A stretch of DNA of 64,000 bases from the human T2T-CHM13v2.0 reference genome, Homo sapiens: NCBI RefSeq assembly GCF_009914755.1, contig NC_060928.1. One strand, written 5' to 3'. The position numbers and the translations under genes are program-made. A model generated the notes under the pieces. The model saw nothing but the letters and a program-made list of their open reading frames with translations. It made no database searches and was not told the DNA's origin. Each line of letters starts with the position of its first letter. The first letter of the stretch is position 1. Below, in pieces: positions 24,562-39,764 of this stretch.

Positions 24562-25469
24562 TAGGTTTAGTCTGGACTATCTTCTTTATATATAGCTCTC
24601 AAATTGTCAGACAATTCAGTCCCCAAAGTCCTCAGGCCAGATGCTTGAAAGATTGTGACTGCAAAAAAACAACAACCAGGTTGATTCAAGGGTTCACTTC
24701 TCAGCTGATTGGTTCAGCACTCTGTGGACACACAGCTGTTTTGTGGTGATAAAGAGAGCAGAAGAACGAAGTTGGTTGAGGAAATGCCTTCACATTTCAA
24801 CACTCCCCTTCAAGGAAAGGGAAAGCTGGCTTTTCAAATACTTGCCAAGTGTGAAGCCATCCAGGAGCAATTACAGAACGTTCCTTTCAATCTTTCTCCT
24901 CTGTTTTCCTTGACTTATTTTATGAACTATTTATTGAATACTTACCATCCCAATCCCTATGATAAGTACTGCTCCTAATACAAAGAAAACTCAAATGATT
25001 TTAAGAATAACTAAAAAAAAATTACAAAGTCCTGTAGGTCATCACCTACAGGAAAAAGAAATGTTGGACAAAGGATTTCTCTCCTAGATTTTATGTATTT
25101 ATATCTTACAACATATAAAGTTAAGTCCACATTTTTCTATGCATTTGTCTATTGAAAACTGTTAAAATACAGAAATTTATAATAAATGATACAGCCATAT
25201 GTTAATTTTCTTGATTTTTTTTTTCGTTAGAATTCTTTTGCTTTATCTTGAAAGATTACCCAGTTCTGGGGCTTACTAGTGGCAATATATTGATATATAG
25301 TAGGCAAAATTAAATTTAATTACAATAAATAAACTTCATTATATGAAATAGGTTGGTGTTAAATTGGATCTCTCTTGGTCCAGCCCTAGGAAAACAAATT
25401 ACTTTTCATTATGATAAATGTGAATGTATCTCCAGATACTTCAGTGGAACTCACTGTATAAATACGACA

Positions 25470-25720
25470 GAAGAGTTAGGAAGGTGGACCCTGGAGCCAG
25501 ACTGCCTGGATTAAAATCCTGGCTCTGCCACTGACACTCTGTGACCGTGCAACCTTAGACAGATCACTTTCCTCCTGGTGCCTCGGTTTCCTTATCTTCA
25601 AAATGAGGATAACAGTCATAGTATTTTTCTTAGAAGGTGATTATAAGAATTGAATGAGTTATGCATGTAACTAGCACATAGTAAATGCTCAAGATACATT
25701 ATTTTTATTGTCATCATTAT
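25470..25720 (+). mobile_element. MIR
   Basis: ctggagccagactgcctggattaaaatcctggctctgccact...gcctcggtttccttatc. Confidence 0.8.
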
Positions 25721-25872
25721 TGTTGCATTGTATTTTATTTTTCTGTATTTGTACTAAAGATGGACTGATCGATAGACCCATTGCAGCTTTCCCAAGTGTA
25801 ATGTGGTATAAAGGCACTTAATTCTGATTCCACATGTTCCTGGAGATAGTTATCTTTTAAAAACACATACTT

Positions 25873-26212
<340 letters not shown>

Positions 26213-26311
26213 CTAACAGGACATCTATTGATTGATTTATGATCAAAGCCTCTGACTTTCTATGTAGTATGACCATATAAAGTAATGGAATAAGACCACC
26301 ATCTTGTATTC

Positions 26312-26859
<548 letters not shown>

Positions 26860-28620
26860 GCATCTTGTATTCTTAAGCCTGTAGAGCATCTCAGTCTTCA
26901 GGCAGCCAAGGACATTTATTAGAATTGGAGCCTCTGGCTGCCTTGGAAGAGGATGTTTTCAACACTTTTAGCCTGTTGTAATACTTGGGGGCTACTGGTT
27001 GATTGTGCTTTAAAGGATGTTGATATCAAATATGGTCTGGCTATATTTATGCCAAGTTGCTGACATGTTGTATAATATTTATTGTTCCTAATGCATGATA
27101 GGATCAAAATGCTGTACACAAACAGGTAAAGATGGTTTTGCAGCTTTGGGTTTTCAATTTATTTTCTAGAACATGTCTCACTTGCTTTCCTACATAAAGA
27201 CACATGATTGCTTTTGAGCTTAACTAAATTTAGTGTGGTATCTAAGTTGTCTGTGTGTTATTCTGGTGAACAAAGGCACTTGATCAAAATGATCTCTTCA
27301 AAGTTGGAATGCCTTCATTAAAATGTTCAAATGGTAACCGTCCACCTGAAGGATGCCATGAAAATATTAGAAATCATTGTTTTTTAAGCATTGATGTTGA
27401 TAATTGTTAGACAATGTCTGAAACTTTTGAAATCACAACCATCTAAGGCAGTATAGGAAACAGAAATAGCAGGGATGTTGAAACACTAAAATAGTAAGTT
27501 TTGTAAGACAAAAGTGACCTTGCGTTCAAAATAAGATTTCTAGGAATTTATTCTGTTGATTTTAGATTGAATTTGTAGTAAGTAAACAATTAGCTGACTA
27601 TATAAGGCTAAGGAGTTACTTATCTATGAAACCAAAAATGTGAACTAGTTTATCTCTAGGGTCCATTTTGTCTCTAAAATGCCAAAAATCAATCTAATAT
27701 ATTTCCCTGGATTGAATTCCTCAAGGGTCAAGGTGCATGCACCTTTGATATAGTGCTGAATGAAGCATTACTAATAAACATTAAACTGATTTGGATTTAA
27801 ATACCTCTTACACAGCTCAAATGCAGGCTTGAAAAGTAATGTCCCCATGGCGGTAAAAGCATCAGTATGAGTGTACGTGTGGAAAGATTTGTTGTAGGAA
27901 GATCAGTCAGCCCTATTTCATGATGACTTCAATGTTGTCGGTGCAGCAGTGGAGTCATGGCCATGACAGCATCATCAGAGTGAACTTTAATTAAAAACAA
28001 GTGGAGAAATCAACAGCTAGGATTTGCCCGGGAAATACCTAAATGACATACAGCCCGGAAGAGGATTTCGAGGCACCATTTTATTGCATTCTAGTGGGAG
28101 AGAACAGTTCTCATTATAAAAATTCTAAGAAAAGTTGGAAAAATAATGAGCACCATAAATTAGATTTGAACTAGGCATGCCTTTTAGCCTCAACACATCC
28201 CATTTTGTATCCCCTTAAACTGTCAGAGAACAGGCAGGTATGACTCATTCCTCTAACTTGGGTAAGCAGAAATTAAAATAATCCTATTTAAGAAATAAAT
28301 AGCAAAAAGGAAACTATAAATAAATGGTCAAATAGAATTGCTTAGTTGTTGAGAGAACTATGTAACTCAGCTAAGTGACAACAAAGGGAAAAAACCTAAT
28401 TAAGTTGCTGAAGAGGGGGAAAATATTTTTTCAGTGGCATAAATCCCAGAGCAAAAACAAAAACAGAAAAAATGAAAAGATGTATGCTTTTAAATAGATG
28501 GAAAAAATCCTTGTTTTCTAAAATGTGACCTTAAAGACCCTTGGTAGAAATTCTAATAGCTACCATTCAATTTCTTTCTATAACACCTTTGATACAGAAT
28601 CACTCTTTATCATTTCATAG

Positions 28621-29037
<417 letters not shown>

Positions 29038-29162
29038 AATACTATATATTTTAAACAAACAAATACTTTTAAGTGTTATGCTTACTACCGACTGCTGCTT
29101 ACCAGTGTGGTGCATGTTAGCTACTCTGAATGTTGGTTTTTTATCTGTAAAATGATAGTAAA

Positions 29163-29499
<337 letters not shown>

Positions 29500-30689
29500 T
29501 TACCTCTAGAGTTCCTGGGAGTATAAATTACATGCATTATACATTAAATTACATACATAGTATTGTACTGGGTAGCTGGCAGGAGTCCAAAAAATGCTGT
29601 AGCAGCTTGTAGAAAGTGGTCTTGGTATGCTAAACTCTACTCTGACTCTGACAATTTCCATATTTTTTACCAAATCAGCTTACTGTGCCTCAATTTCAAA
29701 ATCTTCAAAAATGGCAGTGTGTTCAAAAACTGTGTGTGTGTGTGTGTCATATTTATATGTATGTGTGTGTGTGTGAAACATTTGAGATTTGCAGTGTGCT
29801 CAGGAATATAAAGCATCTTGGGAAAAAAGATGCCATTCAAATACAAACAAATACTCATCATTTCCTCCAGTTTTATTGACTAAAAGCATCAGTTGCAACA
29901 TCTCAAAATCTGATCTATTTCTGTTTTATGGAACTAAAGCTTGATTTAGTACATATTTTGTGGTCCTTCTGGGTCTAGGAGATGAACAGACTGAACTGGA
30001 AATAAACAAAGCCAAGAATCTTAAGCTAGAGGGTAGAGACCTATTCACTCCCACACTCTGAGGAATTTATGACCAGTAAGTTGCTCTCTAATGAGTACAG
30101 AACAAGAGCATTGCATCTTCTCTTAATTAGTTTGACAGATATTCATTTAAATTTGAAAAGATTCCCAGACGTGGGATAGCAAAGGAAAGTCTTGAATTCC
30201 TTTTGCATCTTAATTCTGTTTTTGTTATGGTGGCTCTGGGGAATGTCAATATCTGAAGACAAATAAAAACTCATGTCTTCATCCAGGGACCTCCGCATTT
30301 TCTATTTATTACTGGCCACAAACCACCAGGTTTCAGTTTGCAGCTGTAAAGTCTAACACAAAAGCAACAGGTTCTGCAATAATGCTGTTGGGCCTGGTTT
30401 CTCTGAGGGGTGCATTTTTTTTTTCTTGTGGTTAATAAAGGACAGGGTTTCAAGGCAGGCTTTAAATAGCCATCTTTACATCAAAATAAGTCACCACGTG
30501 GGCATCATGAAACCATGAATTGTTTTTACCCATAGGGCATAGTTACCACTAGCCCCTGGTAATCCATGGAAATGAGTAACTGGGAGACCTTATATACTCC
30601 CAAGCCATTTTAATCAGTAGTAACATTAACCTTTATGAAGGTTGTTAAAATATAGCAAGAGTGCTGATGACTTACTTCACTTTATCATG

Positions 30690-30876
30690 CTTTAACCTCT
30701 AGCTGTGCAGGCTGTTCACTCCAAAACAGTGCCCAGTTAGGTAGCACCAGGGGCCTGCAACCCACCCCTACTTCACTGGCCTGGCCAGGCATCTGTGAGG
30801 CTGACTACATAGGCTGAGGGATGCCTTCTCCTCCTGCAAACAAAGAAAAGCCTCATATGGGCTGGTTGTGGACTTG
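30690..30876 (-). mobile_element. MER91-like remnant
   Basis: gctgtgcaggctgttcact...gagggatgccttc...catatgggctgg resembles MER91B. Confidence 0.4.
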
Positions 30877-31249
30877 ACTGAATAGAGCTGCTATTGAGGA
30901 AATGTCCAAGCATACACAACCTTGGGAAGAAGGCACAACACTTGCCTAATCTACCAAAGCACAGTTTTTAGCTCTCGAGGGAGCGCATTCGTTCATCAGT
31001 GAGCCTGGTCCAGCTTCACTTTGGCAAGTGCCCCCCACCCTGTCTCTCTCCCCTCACTACCATTTTCCCCATTACCTTAGAGCAGATTCCTTTTACTAAT
31101 CAACTCATCTTAATGAAGCCAGAATGCAACATTCAAGGAAAGTTCTGATTTAAAGAAAAAGAGGCAGAGCTTGCAAAGCATCACCTGTTGTTCTCTCAGT
31201 CCATTGGCCTGGTCATTAGATTATACTCTCCGGAAAGCTGATTTGATTG

Positions 31250-31445
31250 ATTGGACAGAGATGGCATAGCATAGCATAGCATAGCATAGCATAGCATAGC
31301 ATAGCATAGCATAGCATTGGACAGAGATGGTATAGCATAGCATAGCATAGCATAGCATAGCATAGCATAGCATAGCATAGCACAGCACAGCACAGCACAG
31401 CACAGCACAGCACAGCACAGCACAGCACAGCATAGCATAGCACAG
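31250..31445. repeat. Compound pentanucleotide repeat (CATAG)n/(CACAG)n with a duplicated 15-nt leader
   Basis: attggacagagatgg(catag)10 c attggacagagatgg tatag(catag)9(cacag)10(catag)2 cacag. Confidence 0.97.
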
Positions 31446-31608
31446 TGTCAGGTTAGAAGGCCTGGGGAAAACCCCTGCTTTACCACTTAGTGGAATAACC
31501 TTGAGCAAGTTACTTCATCTCTTTGAGAATCCATTTCTCCCTCAGTAAAACAAGAATGATAATATGAGACTTGGGTGAGTTAATACATGTAAAGTGCTGA
31601 ACACTTGC
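31446..31608 (+). mobile_element. MIR continuing from the pentanucleotide repeat
   Basis: accttgagcaagttacttcatctctttgag...gttaatacatgtaaagtgct. Confidence 0.7.
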
Positions 31609-31617
31609 TATGGAAAG

Positions 31618-31694
31618 CAGTGGTTCTCAAATCTTGGGCCCTGGACCAGCAGCATTACCTGGGAACTTGTTAGAAATGCAAATCTCAGGTCCCA
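31618..31694 (+). mobile_element. MER5A partial
   Basis: cagtggttctcaaa...ggaccagcagcattacctgggaacttgttagaaatgcaaatctcagg. Confidence 0.8.
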
Positions 31695-31971
31695 AATAAA
31701 ACTTAGGGGTATAGGAGAAAATACTTGCAAATAATATGTCTGACAAGGTGTTAATATCCAGAATATTTTACTAAGTGAATTAGGATATACAATTAACAAG
31801 AACACTTCTCTAACCATTCAACATTTAGGAAAGCTTGTATATGTTTATAATTTCCTGATAACTGAATGGAGAAGTGCAGTTATTTCATTTCTGGAGTATA
31901 CATTGAACCTTGCAAATTCAAGTAATCTTTTTCCAGGCCTCTAGTACATCATAGTCCATATAGACAATCTG

Positions 31972-32265
31972 TTTTGGTATGTTTGTTTGTTTGTTTGTTT
32001 TGGAGACAGGATCTTGCTCTGTCAGCCAGGCTGGAACACAGATCACAGCTCATTGTAACCTCAAACTCCTGGGCTCAAGCAATCCTCTTGCTTCAGCCTC
32101 CTGGGTAGCTAAGACTACAGATTTATGCCACCATGCCCAGCTAATTTTTGTTTTTGTTTTGGAGAGATAGGGTCTTACTATGTTGCCTAGGCTGGCCTCA
32201 TGAGATTCTCCTGCCTCAGCCTCCCAAACTGTTGGGATTACAGGCGTGAGCCATTGCAACTGGCC
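31972..32265 (-). mobile_element. AluJ
   Basis: (TTTG)n tail; cctcaaactcctgggctcaagcaatcctc (J type). Confidence 0.9.
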
Positions 32266-33741
32266 CTCAGAATCTGTATCTGACCATGTTTCTCTTCAGG
32301 ATCAGAAGTCTTTAAAAAAGAAATGTGAAAAAACAAATTACGTTGTAAACTCTTAGTTTCCTTTCAAATGACCCCAGTCTATCAGAATAGACTAGATGTT
32401 AAGAGCAGTGTTAGCAGGCAATTAAGTCTTTTGTGCCCATCCACCACTTCCTAACATTTACCTAAATAGAGAGTCTAGAATATCATGTTTACACCATTAT
32501 GTATTCTGTCTGGAAGTAACAATATAAAAGATAACATTAATTTACTTTTTTTCAGTAGATGCTACTGAACTGTGAACATCTTATTAGGCTCGAGTTTAGA
32601 TTTTCAAACTTGTCTCAGGAAGCTGTTGCTACCTGGTACCCATTTTGTTTTATTTTTATTTATCTTTTGGAGGACAAGGAGAGAATGACTTTGAAAAATC
32701 TCCTGGGCAAGAAAGGGGAAGACTTTTCTGCAAGGAAAATGGATCGTACTTTGTTTTCCTTCATAAAGGGTAATGAGGATATAATCTCAAAGCTACGCTT
32801 GACCATCATCTGTCAAACCAAAGCAAATAAGCCAGTGCCTGTCTTTCCTTATTGTAAAACTAAAAGAGAAGATAACCAACATGTGGCAGTTGTCTAGCCA
32901 AAAAAAATCACCCTCATTTCAGAAAATGTTTACTTTTTCACTCTCATTGAGTGATATGCCATCGAGGTATGAGTTAGATGTTGGCATTTTGTGGAAAGGT
33001 TTTCTTTGTTTAGCAAAACCACAGCTGTTCATTTCTGGTAATTTTGAATTTCCTAAAAAGTGGCCATAGCTTCAGAATTTGATTTTTAGTAACCTTTAGC
33101 AGACTGAGAGTTTTTCTGGTTTGAAGATTATATTGAAACACCAAAAAAAAGTAGAGTGGTTTGTGTTTTACTTTATGTATTAATGTGAAATTTGGAGATG
33201 AAGCCTCTTGTTGCTGAAATAACTGCATCCCCTCGTCTTCCGCTGTCCACTTTTATATATTTCCTAAATATCCACAAATCTTGATACACTCTTGTAGTGA
33301 TTTGATTCTTGTTTTGTTCATATGTGTGTTTTTTCCACTAATGTACACCTTTGGGAATCCACTCCCAGCCTTTCCATGATTTCTTCTGTAATTTGGGTTT
33401 TATTTTTAAAGCTGTTGGCATCCGTGTAGAGGGATCCTGCCGTTACCCCTCTCCAGATCTTAAGGTTATCTCCCTATTCTGTTGATTGAGAGATCCAAAG
33501 TCAAAGGTGAGTCAGGGATTTCGTGTGCAGGTTCTCACTGATGAACATGTTTTCTCCAGACCCAGCTGGGGGGTTAAGATTCAGGCAATTGGTGACGAGA
33601 GGGGCTGCTTTCCTCCAAGTTCAGTAGCCCTCCCTCAAATGAGAAACTATTTCACAACAATCTCAACCCATTTGTCCTCCACTGTGGATAGGGATGGGGG
33701 AGGGGCTTGCTTGAAGAGTTCTAAGGTGATTTTTTTCCCAT

Positions 33742-33860
33742 TAAAAAAATTGCAGTAAAGTATACATAACATTAAATTGACCATTTTAACCATTTTAAGT
33801 GTATAATTTGGTGGCATTAAGCACCTTCACATTGTTGTGCGACCATCACCACTACCAATC
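33742..33860 (-). mobile_element. L1MB-type 3' end
   Basis: tatacataacattaaattgaccattttaaccattttaagtgta...ttcacattgttgtgcgaccatcacc. Confidence 0.75.
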
Positions 33861-35350
33861 TTTAAGTGAGTTGAAGATGATTTTTTTAAAGTTACTTCTT
33901 GCCTCAGCTCCCAAATTCCAGTTGACTTTGTGCGCCCTCTCTCTGTGTCTCTCTCTCTCTCTCTCTTAAAGTCTGCGTTCTCATTCTGATTATTTAACTT
34001 GGAGAGTGTGAAGGATTTTTTTTTTTAACACTGCATGATGAATTGGTCTCAGTGGAATTCAAACGATCTCGTTGTTTTGGTTATTTCTTATCGGGAATGC
34101 TGGATTTTTTTCTAAGAGCCATGGCAGGGGTGAAGGGGCACAAGGGAGCCACCTCCTTTTGAGTCAATTTAGCAAAAGTGAGAAAACGGTGGGGTGATAG
34201 GAAGTCATTCCTGGATGCTAAAGGGGCATCCTGGCTCCCTGAAGAAACTGAGACTCCCAGTTTTTACGTAGTGAACTTTCTGGCTGTAATTTAGGGCAAA
34301 CTCCTTACTGTTTTTATATTTGCCCTCCATTGATAAGAACTTCTTAAGGTCACAGTGTCCTTGGGTAATGAAGCTAGGCAGAGGAAAGTTCTTTAATATT
34401 TACCTAGTGTGCACGCCATACCAGGAACTCTACAAGGAAACACACGGAACATGCCCAGCCTCTGGATCAGCCTGACTTGGGGAGACTGCCCGTCAGGCAC
34501 ACCCTGTGCTGGCTCCAGCTTCTGGAGTTTCTGGCGAATCATACCTGAAAGGATTATCATCTTCACCCAGTGTCCGGATCATCAGCCATGGAAGTTTGTT
34601 TGTTCAACACAGGCTGAATCAGTTCCATGTTGAATAACACACATTTTCCTTCTTGAAATATTCTTAGAACAATGTTTTCATTTTCTCCAAGGAAAAACTT
34701 GCTCAGACACAGTTCTTTCTGATCCAAACCCCCTGCTTGCCTCTGCCTCCTCTCATTGTTGTAAAACCCAAGTGTTTCTATTCCTCTACTCTAAACCCGC
34801 TCAGAGGGAATTCTGCCTTTTGATTTGGAGGTATATTTTTCCATCCACATATGGCAGTATCCAGTAATAATATTATACATCTAAAGGAAGGAGCAAAATT
34901 TTAATCTGTGTGCAGCTGCATGTATCCTGCTTCTCTCCTATGGCAGGATTTTCTAGTTAAACCTCTGGCTAGTTGGAAGATGATATTAGTTATAGAACTA
35001 GTTTGTTTAGCCAAAAAAGATATAAGTGGAAGCAGTACTCATGATATAGAAATACTTAAAACTTTGGAGAGACAATCTGAAGACCTAACTGGTGTGTTAG
35101 TCAGTAAGTTTTAACTCCCTTTAAATTGAGAATGAATCCCAGGGCCCAACATTATGAGATGCTAAGTAGCTTCTAAAGGGATTACTGTCAGACTTAAAAG
35201 TGTTTTCTTTTGGCCAGAGCTTTAGTGGTCTTCATATAAAATATCAGCTGCTATTATTATTAAACTTTCTATACTGAAAAATAATGTAGTATAATAATGA
35301 TATTATTTCAGGCAAGATTTAGTTACATGTTACAAATACTTTAAAAAGTA

Positions 35351-35651
35351 GGCTGGGCATGGTGGCTCATACCTGTAATCCCAGCACTTTGGAACACTGA
35401 AGTAGGAGGATCCATTCAGCCCGGTAGTTTGAGAACAGCTTGGGCAACATAGCAAGACTCCATCTCAATCAATCAATCAATCAAGAAGCCGGATGTGGTG
35501 GCATGCTCCTGTAGTCCCAGCTACTTGGGAGGCAGAGGCAGAAGGATCACTTGAAGCCAGGAGTTTGAGTTTGCAGTGAGCTATATGATTGCACCACTGC
35601 ACTCTAACCTGGGGGACAGAACAAGACCCTGTCTCTAAAGAAAAAATAAAA
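35351..35651 (+). mobile_element. AluJ with (TCAA)n in the linker
   Basis: Dimeric Alu; catctcaatcaatcaatcaatcaa linker; TSD aaaagtag. Confidence 0.9.
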
Positions 35652-36712
35652 GTAGACACTATTGAATAGCCAACTAAGTTAGAGTTGAATCCATGTAATA
35701 TCAGTCTATCCCAGCATCTTATGAGGTGGGTAAACACCAAGTCAGTCAACTTCTATGTTATAAAAACAAAACAAAACAGAGGCAGAAGGGAGAATTCCCA
35801 GCATAACGAGTTGGTGGGGGCATTGTAGGATAGGCAGGTGGTTCAGCGTTCCTCCTCAAATATCCCTAACTCCCACCTCACCACTAGGTCCAGTGCAGGG
35901 AACTCTTCTACAGTATTTCTGCTTACCCAGCCTCTCCTTGCATGGTTTCCCACTACTGGACAAGTCAGTTCATTTCTTTTCTTCATGGCTCTAATTGTTA
36001 GAAAGTTGAAATTGTGAGTCCTCAACACTCCACCTTCAATAATTGCTGTCCATACTCATAGCCAAGACAAGCTGTTATTTTATGCTGTCAAGTTTTAGAA
36101 CACATGCAGAGCTCACATAAAGCATTTACCATGGATTGTTAGTGTTTTAGCAGAGTTGAAAGGAGTCAAGTACCAACAGTACATGAGAAATATCTTATCC
36201 GTCTCATTAACACCTCCTTTGCTTTGATAAAAAGTCCTCAAGTGGTCTTGGGAACATACTACAGATGTGCAGTTCGGCATGGAAATTGGAAAACTCAGAT
36301 AGGGCTTCGATGGAAGTCACCCATTCAAACCTGTCTTCAACTTCCATTCGACTCCTCTTGTTATAATGTTGATAGCAAGGAAGAGAGGGCCATACCTAGG
36401 TTCAAGTAGTGGGCATATCTGAGAAGAGGGCTGGGGGATAGCTGGTCACTCAGCTACAGCTTTTTATTGGCCATGCTGCATGCTCAACTTCACTCCTGAG
36501 GAAATGGGATCAAGAACAACACAATATCACTTTTGCTCAGCAAGCCACTATATCATATAATCACAGAGCTAGAAGGTCAACCCCCGTATTTTACAGATTG
36601 TAAAACAGATTTAATAGCCTTTGACAGAAGGTTTGTAAACCTAAATGGCTACAGGACCAAGAAAGAAACACAAATGAATGAAATGTTCCAGGCGGAAAAT
36701 CTAAATGGCCCC

Positions 36713-37040
36713 TTTTTCGTTTTTTGTTTTGTTTGTTTGTTTGTTTGTTTGTTTGAGACAGAGTCTCTCTCTGTTGCCCAGGCTGGAGTGCAGTGCAGTG
36801 GCGAGATCTCGGCTCACTGCAAGCTCCGCCTCCCGGGTTCACACCTTCTCCCGCTTCAGCCTCCCGAGTAGCTGGGACTACAGGCGCCTGCCACCATGCC
36901 CGGCTAATTTTTTGTATTTTTAGTAGAGACAGGGTTTCACCATGTTAGCCAGGATGCTCTCGATCTGCTTATCTAGTGATCTGCCTGCCTTGGCCTCCCA
37001 AAGTGCTGGGATTACAGGCATGAGCCACTGCGCCCGGTCC
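36713..37040 (-). mobile_element. AluY
   Basis: caagctccgcctcccgggttcacacc and gttagccaggatg; TSD ctaaatggccc. Confidence 0.93.
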
Positions 37041-37064
37041 TAAATGGCCCTTTTTTCAAGAACA

Positions 37065-37535
37065 CAATGAGGAGTGGTGAGGACTGGGGCAAATGGAGGA
37101 CTCGTGCCCCATCTAAAGGAGTCAGCTGCTTCTCAACTCTAATAGGTTATTTTTATTTTTATTTATTTTTTATTTTACTTTAAATTTTGGGATACATGTG
37201 CAGAATGTGCAGGTTTGTTACATAGGTATATATGTGCCATGGTGGTCTGCTGCACCCATCAACCTGTCATCTAGGTTTTAAGCCCTGCATGCATTAGGTA
37301 TTTGTCCTAATGCTCTCCCTCCCTTTGCTCCCCACCCACTAACAGGCCCTGATGTGTGGTGTTCCTCAGTAGGTTCTTATGATGAAGGAATGCAGACCCA
37401 GTGTTGCCAGAAATCTGGATTTTTAAGTGAACCATCACAAATGACTCAATTTGAAATTTTAAAGCATTATGTGGAATAACATGGTATAGGCCAACCAAAA
37501 CAAGCCTGGGAGTCAAATGCCATTTGCAGATGCTG
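37065..37535 (+). mobile_element. MER102-like element interrupted by an L1
   Basis: ggactggggcaaatggag before the L1; cagtgttgccagaaatctggattttt...aggccaaccaaaaca after it. Confidence 0.5.
37147..37367 (-). mobile_element. L1PA8-like 3' fragment
   Basis: gggatacatgtgcagaatgtgcagg...tcatctaggttttaagccctgcatgcattagg; degenerate TSD aataggttatt / agtaggttctt. Confidence 0.88.
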
Positions 37536-38689
37536 GCCTGGGGTCAGAGAGGCTCATGGAAGGGTTGTGTCCTGAATAAGGCATTTGAGATGGGACTATG
37601 AATGAGTCCAGATGGTTTTCTACAATAGGCCTTTGCCAATCCCTTCCCTCTTCTCCAGAAAAAAATTGAGCTATGATTTGTGCCATTCTGGGAAAAATGA
37701 CTGTTGCCCTCTGAGATCAAGGAGCTTATCAGGGTGCAGAGGAGGAAGCTAGCTGAGAATGGGAGTGTGGAGCATGGATACAAAAGCAGCAAGGACAGAG
37801 CATGAACACAGGAGGCACAAAGTTCTAGCACATTTGAAGACACGCCTAAACTCTTGCCATTAGAACCTTCAACATTTTTCCCCTTTTCCCAAAATCGTCC
37901 CTTTGCTTACTACATATTGTCAGTACCGCCTTCAACCAAAAGCATAGTTAATGGATTTGATATCAACGCTCTCAAGTCTTAATACACCGTGTTACCTGTG
38001 ACTTCGACTGACATATCCTTTCCAGGGGATCAGATGGGAAGGGTGCCTGACAGGAACACTGGAGAATTTCAGTCCTGATTTGAAATGAATGATTTAAGCC
38101 AACTGATGCCGAAACGTGGTGTGTTCAGAGAACCCGCTGGAGGAATGCAGCGTTGTGCCTCTCCCCATTTATCATGGTGTTTACAAATCCTGTTAGAAGT
38201 TGAAAGTAAATTATCATCCTGCTCTTAATGACTGTTTTTTAGCTAAGAATTTTAGAGGTGATTGAGAGTGAACCCATCACTGTAGTCATGTGAAGGAGTG
38301 GAGGGAAAGGAGTCGGGGAGGCACCCAGGGCATGCATAATACTTGATCTAGGAGAGGTGCTCATGGCCAGGTCTGGAAAGTCGGAAGCACCTCTCCTTCA
38401 GATCATTCCTGTCCCAGTTGGATGGCTTATAAAATGTGGGGTGTTTCACATTCACATTCACTGGGATTTGAGTTTTGATCAGGAGACAGGATCAAAGAAT
38501 CCTCAGTTTCAGATATGTGTACAAATATGAGTGGTGCATCAAGTGAGGAAGACAACGCCTTCGCTTCAAGGAACTCCACGCTAATCTCCTAGGCTTCTCA
38601 GTCATCATATCTGAGAATATTTATCTTAGAGGAGAGAAGACTCAGAGGGGTTGTGTCTGCCTTCTGATACTTGAAAAGACCAGTATGGG

Positions 38690-38915
38690 AAAGCAGGATT
38701 AGACTCCAGAGGGCAGAATTAGGACCAGTGGGTTAAAGTTAAGGGAAGCAGAAGTCAGTTTGACATTAGGTTTGACATTAGATTCTTTGAAAATAAAAAA
38801 GGCCTGGGGTTGGACAACACTTTGGTAGCAGATGTTCTAAAAAAAACATTGCAGCATCATACGGGGGTTAGGTAAGACGAAGTTCCTGTTCTCATTTAAC
38901 CTTGAGATTCTGTAA
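38690..38915 (+). mobile_element. L3/CR1-like ancient fragment
   Basis: ctccagagggcagaattaggaccagtggg...aagtt...ggaagcaga; ends cttgagattctgtaattc. Confidence 0.45.
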
Positions 38916-39032
38916 TTCGAATCTGGTTTGGAATCTTGAATGGACCAACCCTCATGCATTTCCTGCCTCCTGGATCATAAATAATGTTTTTAAAACAATC
39001 ATCTGGAAACAAATTACATAAACAATAATCTG

Positions 39033-39542
39033 ATTTGTACACACATGTTCATAGCAGCATTATTCACAATAGCCAAAAGGTGGAAGCAACCAAGTGTTCA
39101 TTGATAGATGAATGGATAAACAAAATATAGTGTATCCATTCATATGCATACACACACACACACAATGAAATATCATTCAGCCTTAAAAAAATGAAATTCT
39201 GACTCATGCTATCCCATGGATGAAACTTGAGGATGTTATACTAAGTGAAATAAGCCAGTCACAAAAAGACAAATACTATCTGATTCCGATTATCTGAGGT
39301 ACCTAGAGTAGTCAAACTCATTGAGAGAAAAAGTAGAATGGTGGCTGTCGGGGACTGGGTAAGTGGGGAAAGGGAGAGCTATTGCTTAATGGTGACTTTC
39401 AGTTTTGCAAGATGAGAAGCATCCTGTGGATGGATAGTGGTGATGGGATGCAGCAATATGTTTGCACTTAACACTATGAACTGTTCCCCAAAAAATGGCT
39501 CAGATAGTAAATTGCATGTGTATTCTACCACAATTTAAAAAT
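39033..39542 (+). mobile_element. L1MB-type 3' end
   Basis: atgttcatagcagcattattcacaatagccaaaaggtggaagcaacc...agtgaaataagccagtcacaaaaagacaaatact...ttctaccacaatttaaaa. Confidence 0.9.
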
Positions 39543-39764
39543 ACCTAAAGAAATAACAATAATTGGTCTACCAATTGGACTTCCCTCCTGCAGAAGTTAA
39601 CATGGAACAGATAGTGAAGTTAAACACATAATAAAAGAGATACAAAATGTGAGCAAATCTCAGAAGTCAAAATTAAATGAATGTGTATTTAAAAATCAAC
39701 CTACTTTGCATTTGAAAGGTGAAGTAGCACTGTATTTTAACTGGATGAGTATTACCCGCACAGG

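Noticed and set aside
27954-27967. 14-bp palindrome gtcatggccatgac
   Set aside because: A few palindromes with 7-bp arms are expected by chance in 64 kb.
31196-31508. Cys-rich CYAML/CCAVL repeat ORFs
   Set aside because: Artefact of translating the pentanucleotide repeat.
38758-38781. 12-nt tandem duplication gtttgacattag x2
   Set aside because: Ordinary slippage duplication inside an ancient repeat.
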